From positions 2,848,001-2,912,000 of the forward strand of contig OZ223209.1 in assembly GCA_965140415.1 (NCBI GenBank): a stretch of DNA of 64,000 nucleotides, in the 5' to 3' direction. The position numbers and the translations under genes are program-made. Under the pieces are notes generated by a model. It was not told the DNA's origin. It was given only the letters and a program-made list of their open reading frames with translations, and did not search any database. The stretch is from Myxococcota bacterium (GTDB taxonomy: Bacteria > Myxococcota_A > SURF-8). How positions within the stretch are numbered: position 1 is the stretch's first letter; every line of letters begins with the position of its first letter. This document shows, in pieces, positions 59,623 through 64,000 of the stretch.

Positions 59623-59955
59623 CTATTCGTCTTCGAGATACGACAACGGAGGCGCTTCCTCTAATTCTGAAGCGTTGGTTTCGTCTGGGTTTTCCTGGAT
59701 TTTTCGTTTCCGCTCGTTATGTGCCAGCGTGTTGATATTGATAATATGAGTGTTTCCGCAGGTGTTGCAGACGAGTAGGACACAGCGAACCTGTTTATTT
59801 TTTATTTCGCGCACGTTTGACATGGTGCCCAAACGCAGGAATAACAGTTCGGGTTCAAGTTCCCAGTCGCTGCCACCGCAAAGGGCGCAGGTATCGACCT
59901 TTTCTTGAAGAATTCGCTGGATTTCCGAGATTGAGATCGAATTTTTTGTCGCCAT
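59623..59955 (-). CDS. Small putative zinc-ribbon protein
   Basis: CALCG...CNTCG pair and an acidic tail; start taken as ATG 59955. Confidence 0.6.
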   Translation of the reverse strand: MATKNSISISEIQRILQEKVDTCALCGGSDWELEPELLFLRLGTMSNVREIKNKQVRCVLLVCNTCGNTHIININTLAHNERKRKIQENPDETNASELEEAPPLSYLEDE

Positions 59956-60081
59956 TCGTTTCCCGATTCGTATAGTTATGTGGTGACACTTGCATTCTGC
60001 ACGAAAAGATGAGAGAAAAATAACAGGTTTTTTAGGTAAATTCAATATAAAAAAGATTTTGACGAAAGGCGTGGGAATCTC

Positions 60082-61341
60082 ATGGATAAGCTGATTATCA
60101 ACGGTGGGGCAAAACTGAAAGGCGAAGTGGAGATTTCCGGGTCGAAAAACGCGGCTTTGCCGATATTGTTGGCATCTATCCTAAATGGCGGAAAGACTGT
60201 TTTACGCAACGTGCCGGATTTGTGGGATGTGGATACGACGCTGAGGCTATTACGGCAAATCGGAGCGGAAGCGGCACGGGCAGAGAATGGGGATATACAT
60301 ATCGACACGGAGGAAGTCAATCATCTGGAAGCGCCTTATGATCTGGTGAAGACGATGAGAGCTTCCGTGCTGGTATTGGGACCGCTTTTGGCGCGATTCA
60401 ATCAGGCCAAAGTGTCGTTGCCGGGTGGTTGTGCCATCGGGGCGCGTCCGGTCGATCAGCATCTAAAGGGAATGGAGCAACTGGGAGCGGAAATTCGCTT
60501 GGAGCATGGGTATATCAAGGCACGTGCTCCACGTCGCTTAAAGGGCGCTCGCATCGTGTTCGACGTACCTACGGTTGGAGGTACGGAAAATGTGCTGATG
60601 GCTGCCGTGCAGGCACAGGGAATCAGTGTGTTGCAGAATTGCGCACGAGAGCCGGAAGTGTCGGATCTGGCGAATATGCTAAATGCGATGGGAGGCAAAA
60701 TCAGCGGAGTTGGGACATCGGAATTGATTGTTGAAGGTGTTCCAGAGTTGCATGATATCGAATATTCGGTAATTCCGGATCGTATCGTTGCCGGTACGTA
60801 TATGATTGCAGCGGCGATGACTGGTGGTGATGTTGTCTTGAAAAATTGCCGAGTGGACCACATGACGGCGTTGATTGAAAAATTGACGAGAATGGGAGTG
60901 TTAATTGAGGAAGTTGAGGGTGGTGTTCGTGTGCGTCGTGTCGGGGCGTTGGTGTCGGCGAATGTGACAACGGGACCATATCCCGGATTTCCAACGGATA
61001 TGCAGGCGCAATTAATGGCGCTGATGAGTGTTACCGAGGGGCAGAGTGTAGTAAATGAAACGATTTTCGAGAATCGCTTCATGCACGTCAGCGAGTTGCA
61101 GCGCATGGGAGCGGATGTTCGTCTGGAAGGTCGCACTGCGGTAGTAAGTGGTGTGGGGCATTTGCAAGGAGCGAACGTGATGGCTACGGATTTACGTGCC
61201 AGCGCTTGTCTCGTTTTGGCAGGGCTCGTGGCCGATGGTTTTACCGAGGTGACACGTATTTACCACCTGGATCGCGGATATGAACGGTTAGAAGAGAAGC
61301 TGAATCGCCTGGGAGCCGAGATACGGCGAGAAAGCGCCTGA
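60082..61341 (+). CDS. murA: UDP-N-acetylglucosamine 1-carboxyvinyltransferase
   Basis: SGSKNAALP, MRAS, LPGGCAIGARPVDQH, PGFPTDMQ, DLRA, HLDRGY. Confidence 0.97.
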   Translation: MDKLIINGGAKLKGEVEISGSKNAALPILLASILNGGKTVLRNVPDLWDVDTTLRLLRQIGAEAARAENGDIHIDTEEVNHLEAPYDLVKTMRASVLVLGPLLARFNQAKVSLPGGCAIGARPVDQHLKGMEQLGAEIRLEHGYIKARAPRRLKGARIVFDVPTVGGTENVLMAAVQAQGISVLQNCAREPEVSDLANMLNAMGGKISGVGTSELIVEGVPELHDIEYSVIPDRIVAGTYMIAAAMTGGDVVLKNCRVDHMTALIEKLTRMGVLIEEVEGGVRVRRVGALVSANVTTGPYPGFPTDMQAQLMALMSVTEGQSVVNETIFENRFMHVSELQRMGADVRLEGRTAVVSGVGHLQGANVMATDLRASACLVLAGLVADGFTEVTRIYHLDRGYERLEEKLNRLGAEIRRESA

Positions 61342-61345
61342 TCGG

Positions 61346-62008
61346 CTAGCGCAGGGATGAGTCACCGACACTTTTTGACACGGGTTGAAATGCTGCTCTG
61401 ACGCGAGGGCGCATTAGATAGTAAACGATTCCTGCATGAAGAATTACAAACGTGATCACGACCAAGGTCCAGACCCGAAGAAATGTCGCGACCATGTTTT
61501 CCTGGTTTACATCCAGTCCCATACCGGAATACAGGGTATAGATGACACGTGCAAGATCGGGAAGAATGTAATAGCCGGAAACGGCCAGGGTGACGGTGGC
61601 TGAAACAATAAACCAGATTTCCAGTTGGCGTCCCCAATCGCGACGCATCAGGATGCCTATTCCGGCGATCAAGCCAAGCAGAGAAAGTAGAAAACTAGCC
61701 GTGTCGTATAGAGGACGCTGTGGGAAAATATGCTTGATTTCCTCCATGGATTTGTCTAATAGCTTTTCCGTTCTCGGGTCTGCGCGGAGTTGATTTAACT
61801 GCTGTTTGATTTCTTGTGGCAGGCCTTTTGTAAATTCATCAAATAAGGATGGGGATTGCTCGACGTCGCTGACTTCAACTGTCAACCAGCCGTTAACGGT
61901 ATACCAGCAGCCGATTGCCCCTAAAATGATCCCGGTTATGGCGAGCAGGAGCAATCCGTCGGGCAAAGGCAGCGGTTTGTGATTGAGTTTAAATTGCTCA
62001 TCCAACAA
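61346..62008 (-). CDS. Hypothetical four-TM membrane protein
   Basis: Four hydrophobic segments; overlaps the upstream gene; ends YYLMRPRVRAAF. Confidence 0.7.
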   Translation of the reverse strand: MLDEQFKLNHKPLPLPDGLLLLAITGIILGAIGCWYTVNGWLTVEVSDVEQSPSLFDEFTKGLPQEIKQQLNQLRADPRTEKLLDKSMEEIKHIFPQRPLYDTASFLLSLLGLIAGIGILMRRDWGRQLEIWFIVSATVTLAVSGYYILPDLARVIYTLYSGMGLDVNQENMVATFLRVWTLVVITFVILHAGIVYYLMRPRVRAAFQPVSKSVGDSSLR

Positions 62009-62699
62009 AGCGATCTAGTCCTTTTCTGCGTGTGAACCACAGGGTCAACCGCGCTCCGGTCAATAAGATAAGCCAGAACCAGAGACTGGGTGCGCCTGTT
62101 TGATTCCCGCAGGAGAAGGGGCTGTCGCTGCCACTGTCATCGTCTTCCTCCGTATCGTCACCATCCGTACTGCTGGAACTACTTCCCCTGGGACAATCCA
62201 TATCGGCAGGCAGGCAGACTTTATCCCCGGTGACGACATCCGCGCAGCAACCAGAGGAGCAATCGGAATCGGATTCGCATAGGGATGCACACGCGGTTCG
62301 ACCGGATTCGATGACGATGCACAGTTCCCAGGAAGTGCAAGTGTTTTCGCCGCAATCGCTGGTTTCAACGGAATTGCCGTCATCACCATCGGTGCTGTAA
62401 GTTACGTCGCCGTCCGACATCGTTCCGCCATCACCATCGGTGGTGGTGGTCATACCGCAATCATCTTCGGTACCGCAGATCCAGGCGGTGTATGGTACAG
62501 AAATCCGCGTGCAACAAGTAGTTGGACATTGCAGATTGGTTTGGCAGATCATCCAGCAGGATTCTCCATCACCGCGATCCAGGCACAAATAGTGTTCCGG
62601 GCAGGTCGTGCCACCACAGGCGACGCCGGCATGTGCGGGGAATGTTTGCAATAGAAAGAAGACGCATAGGAATGTTGCTATGGCGATAGCTTTAATCAT
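61998..62699 (-). CDS. Secreted Cys-rich protein with DGD linkers and a putative C-terminal sorting signal
   Basis: Signal peptide ending AHA, two Cys modules, DGD linkers, C-terminal Cys, hydrophobic segment and RRK. Confidence 0.78.
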   Translation of the reverse strand: MIKAIAIATFLCVFFLLQTFPAHAGVACGGTTCPEHYLCLDRGDGESCWMICQTNLQCPTTCCTRISVPYTAWICGTEDDCGMTTTTDGDGGTMSDGDVTYSTDGDDGNSVETSDCGENTCTSWELCIVIESGRTACASLCESDSDCSSGCCADVVTGDKVCLPADMDCPRGSSSSSTDGDDTEEDDDSGSDSPFSCGNQTGAPSLWFWLILLTGARLTLWFTRRKGLDRFVG

Positions 62700-63102
62700 C
62701 TTGTTCGTTTCCTTCCAAGTGGAGGTACATGCGCCTGGAGCGAGGGCCGTCGAACTCACAGAAATAGATTCCCTGCCAGGTTCCCAGTAGCAGTTTGCCA
62801 TTGTGAACCAGTATGCGTTCGGACGCTCCAAACATAGAAGCTTTGACATGTGCATCCGAATTGCCTTCGGAATGGTGATAATTTCCATGATGAGGGATCA
62901 GGCGAGCCAAGGTTGTAAGCATGTCGCGTTTGACTGTCGGATCGGCATTTTCATTGATTGTGACAGCGGCGGTGGTGTGTGGAATGAAGACCGTGATGCT
63001 GCCTTGGTGAATGTTCGCTTCGTGAACGGCCTGTTGTAGAAGGTCCGTGATCTCGACTAGGCATTCTCTTGCTGGAGTACTTAGTGAGCGCTCATGAATC
63101 AT
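62692..63102 (-). CDS. yjbQ: YjbQ/UPF0047-family protein
   Basis: HTTAAVTINENADP.V, H.EGNSDAHVK, LGTWQGIYFCEFDGPR. Confidence 0.93.
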   Translation of the reverse strand: MIHERSLSTPARECLVEITDLLQQAVHEANIHQGSITVFIPHTTAAVTINENADPTVKRDMLTTLARLIPHHGNYHHSEGNSDAHVKASMFGASERILVHNGKLLLGTWQGIYFCEFDGPRSRRMYLHLEGNEQDD

Positions 63103-63835
63103 GATTCGACTCCGTAATCTCGGGTTCTTCAGCCTGTAGCTTGTCCAATGCTTCGTTTGCCGCCTGTTGCTCGGCTACTTTGATACTTCTTCCCGTACCC
63201 TGACCATAGCGGACCTGGTCAAGCATACAGTCAACGGAATAGCGTGACTCATGGTCGGGACCGGTTTTGCCAGTACGAATATACCTGGGAATCGGGCGAT
63301 GCGACTTCGCACAGATTTCCTGTAACAGGGATTTAGCGTCACGGCGACCAAGAGACTTCATCCTCTGTCGAATGCGTGGGCGCATGTCCCGTTCTATCAG
63401 CGAAGTAACGGCAGGCAAGCCTCCATCCAGAAATACCGCAGCCAAGAGAGATTCATAGGTGTCGGCTAAAACGGACGATTTTTCCGCTCCGCCGCTCTTT
63501 TCTTCTCCGACGCCGAAAAAGATAATCTGACCGATATCCATTTCTTTTGCGATATGAGCCAGCGTTTTTTCGTTTACCAGACTGGAGCGTAACTTCGTCA
63601 TCTGACCGGAGCTATGATTGGGGTGTTCCAGGTATAGTATTTTCGCGATAACCATATCCAGTACGGCATCACCGAGATATTCTAGGCGATCATTATCGTG
63701 GATGGACGGATCTTTGGATTCATTGGCATATGAACGATGCACCAAGGCTTCCATCAGTAAATCTTTGGACTGAAAGGTGTGCCCCAATGCTTTTTCTGCG
63801 GCGGCAAGGCGTCGTTCGATTTCCTGCTGCTTCAC
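63092..63835 (-). CDS. rnc: Ribonuclease III
   Basis: ALVHRSY, NDRLEYLGDAVL, ADTYE, C-terminal dsRBD with GPDH and AEQQAA. Confidence 0.95.
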   Translation of the reverse strand: MKQQEIERRLAAAEKALGHTFQSKDLLMEALVHRSYANESKDPSIHDNDRLEYLGDAVLDMVIAKILYLEHPNHSSGQMTKLRSSLVNEKTLAHIAKEMDIGQIIFFGVGEEKSGGAEKSSVLADTYESLLAAVFLDGGLPAVTSLIERDMRPRIRQRMKSLGRRDAKSLLQEICAKSHRPIPRYIRTGKTGPDHESRYSVDCMLDQVRYGQGTGRSIKVAEQQAANEALDKLQAEEPEITESNHDS

Positions 63836-64000
63836 GCCCAGGTTCTCCTTATAGTTTTATCAGCGAAGCTTCGCAATCAGATGATGAGAGTGATTGTACA
63901 AGTCACCTGCAATTACATCTACGATATTATTGCGAATATCTTCTTCAGAGTCAATCAGGACATGGTAATAATTTGTAGAGAAGCCCTGGTACAATCTGCT

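Noticed and set aside
60456-61136. 226-aa antisense ORF
   Set aside because: Shadow of murA.

Overview
A 64-kb chromosomal window of about 50% GC (estimated by eye), probably from an anaerobic deltaproteobacterium-like Gram-negative organism (inferred from gene content). No rRNA, tRNA, CRISPR array, transposase or integrase was found. In order: (1) 1-12.3 kb is a redox/Fe-S region with a partial HdrA-like gene missed by the ORF track, a receiver protein, a Cys-rich PAS kinase, an 'orange protein' (orp)-type NifX/Mrp/MinD-ferredoxin operon flanked by two OrpR-like sigma54 activators, and a Crp/Fnr regulator. (2) Ten secreted or lipoprotein genes carrying Asp-Gly-Asp (DGD) motifs are spread across the window; in eight of them the first DGD begins 9-13 residues after the lipidated Cys. 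(3) glpK plus a thiolase, LPS glycosyltransferases and dinB. (4) A tightly packed speD-pdaD-speE-speB-pgsB-pgsC-pgsW run joining spermidine and poly-gamma-glutamate synthesis. (5) A sigma54 module with a visible promoter and paired enhancer sites. (6) An outer-membrane barrel, an Ig-like lipoprotein and a ceramidase-like lipoprotein with an apparently circularly permuted inserted domain. (7) Housekeeping genes rpmE, prfA, prmC, murA, yjbQ and rnc. The best candidates for undescribed systems are the DGD-tether lipoprotein family and the polyamine/PGA operon. All family calls come from motif recognition, not database searches.
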